From Lama guanicoe (Eukaryota): a stretch of DNA of 64,000 bases. Both the position numbers and the translations under genes were made by a program. The DNA is taken from assembly GCA_013239625.1 (NCBI GenBank), contig MU053994.1, positions 995,775 to 1,059,774 of the forward strand, given 5' to 3'. The notes beneath the pieces are model-generated. The model saw only the letters and a list, made by a program, of their open reading frames with translations, searched no databases and had not been told where the DNA came from. Position 1 is the first letter of the stretch. The number at the start of each line of letters is the position of its first letter. This document shows positions 62,801 to 64,000 of this stretch, piece by piece.

Positions 62801-64000
62801 TTAGCACTTTGTACCCAACGTAAGTAGCTTCGCTAGACTTGGAAGCTGTTAGGCTGGATGAATCCCCCACAGCACAGAATGTGACATCCCTCGGTAGGGA
62901 CGGTAGAGCTCTTCTCCAGGAGGAGAGAGCTGAGCGACGTGCTTGAGGTTAGGCGGCCACCGTAGATGCCGGGTGACGATCTCGCCTGCTCTGCTCTATA
63001 AACATTGAGGCCAAAGACATCTCTAAGCATTGCCCCACGTGGCACCTAAATGGAACTTATTTTGTGCCTTTATACAGAGAGGGTTTGAGTCTGTGAAATT
63101 GCAAGGAAAAAGGAAGCTGCAGATCCTTTCCCCACCCATCCACCCCCTGACCCTCACCCCTGCAGGGCCTCCCCCGGGCCCAGGGGCTGCTGAGGTGATG
63201 CATCATGGGCCAAGCGTTCTTTTCTGGGACCTGTTTACCTTTTCCGTATGGAGGGCAGGATACAGCTGTCGGTAGCCTCCATGAGGCATGGCCACATAAG
63301 GCTAACGGAACATTTAACTTATTCTCCTAGTATTTTCAGGCCCTGGAACGGTCCCTAAAAGCATTTATACAGTTTTATTCATACCAGATTCCTTGGCACG
63401 TTCCCAAAGGCGTGGAAGTTTTATTTACTTTCCCAGTTAAGTCACCAACATAAGATCTCCATAGGCGTTAGAAGAATCTGAATTTTTGACCTACTGCTTG
63501 CCACTTTCTTGTTAAGAAAGCTGCCTTTACAGCTGTGTTTGCTGGCCTCTCTCTGCCCCTCAGTACCAGAGATGGGGCCACGATGGGCTCCCGTGGGGAT
63601 CGCAGGGGAAGACACCCTGGCCCCATCGCCTTTTACGTCCCTTATCTTTGCCGACCTGGACCCCACTTCTCTCTCATCCCCTGTCTCCCACCTGTTGGAG
63701 TCTGCCCCGGTGCTGTGACTCACAGAGCCCCAGTGATGCCCAGCCCTCTCCGAGCTGTCTGGGGAGGAGGTGCTTCGAGAAAGCCTAGAGTCGGCCTTTT
63801 TTAAGTAGAGAGCCTTTCTTCTCTTCCTCCCTCTCTCTGGCTTCTCCGTTCGTGAAGCAGCAGGGCCTCCCAGAGGGTTTTGTGACCCAAAAGAACGCAG
63901 AACATATCGACAAGGCCGATGGTGGTAAAAATAAAACGTGGCTTCCACAAATTGGACAAAGGCTAATTACAAAGCTTAGTCAACCAAATATAAATAATGT
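59815..64000 (+). other. TSPAN7: TSPAN7 intron 6, partial (last coding exon beyond the window)
   Basis: The expected C-terminal peptide (LIGMLLACC...YEMV) was not seen before the end of the window. Confidence 0.8.
60810..60935 (-). mobile_element. Old L1M 3' end fragment
   Basis: tttttattgaaataacacatatacagaaaag ... aacatacctgtgt ... agatcaagga. Confidence 0.7.

Noticed and set aside
650..63725. Multiple TGASTCA (AP-1) sites
   Set aside because: About ten seen against roughly eight expected by chance in 64 kb; not enriched.
63442..63948. 168-aa minus-strand ORF
   Set aside because: Low-information S/R/G-rich translation of GC-rich intron; no support.
1..64000. CRISPR arrays, operons or other prokaryotic systems
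   Set aside because: The sequence is a spliced mammalian locus; the dispersed duplications are pairs, not regularly spaced repeat-spacer arrays.

Overview
Mammalian genomic DNA, not prokaryotic. The window holds the middle of the tetraspanin gene TSPAN7 on the + strand. Positions 1-46734 are the distal part of the very long first intron. Five coding exons follow (46735-46923, 50626-50700, 52386-52481, 53913-54068, 59731-59814), all with canonical AG/GT boundaries and all phase 0. They encode the end of TM1 through most of TM4, including the CCG and PxSCC motifs of the large extracellular loop. Exon 1 and the last coding exon lie outside the window. The introns carry old mammalian repeats (MIR, L2, MER5/MER3/MER58 hAT relics, a MaLR LTR, L1 3' ends) and three short tRNA-derived SINEs resembling camelid Vic-1, which suggests a camel, alpaca or llama genome (inference). 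There is one 130-N gap. Apart from ORFs overlapping the exons and one L1 ORF2 remnant, the ORF track looks like noise. Unexplained structure found by reading: (1) a gapless 162-bp inverted duplication (~89% identical) able to form a long pre-mRNA hairpin; (2) three short non-tandem direct duplications whose apparently derived copies interrupt L2 relics, two of them in the same relic; (3) a TSD-flanked L1 insertion whose normal 3' end is replaced by ~265 bp of other polyadenylated sequence; (4) a YCAY cluster in front of a frame-preserving micro-exon-like motif; (5) candidate recursive splice sites. Repeat families were named from remembered consensus sequences, not from a search, and their boundaries are approximate.
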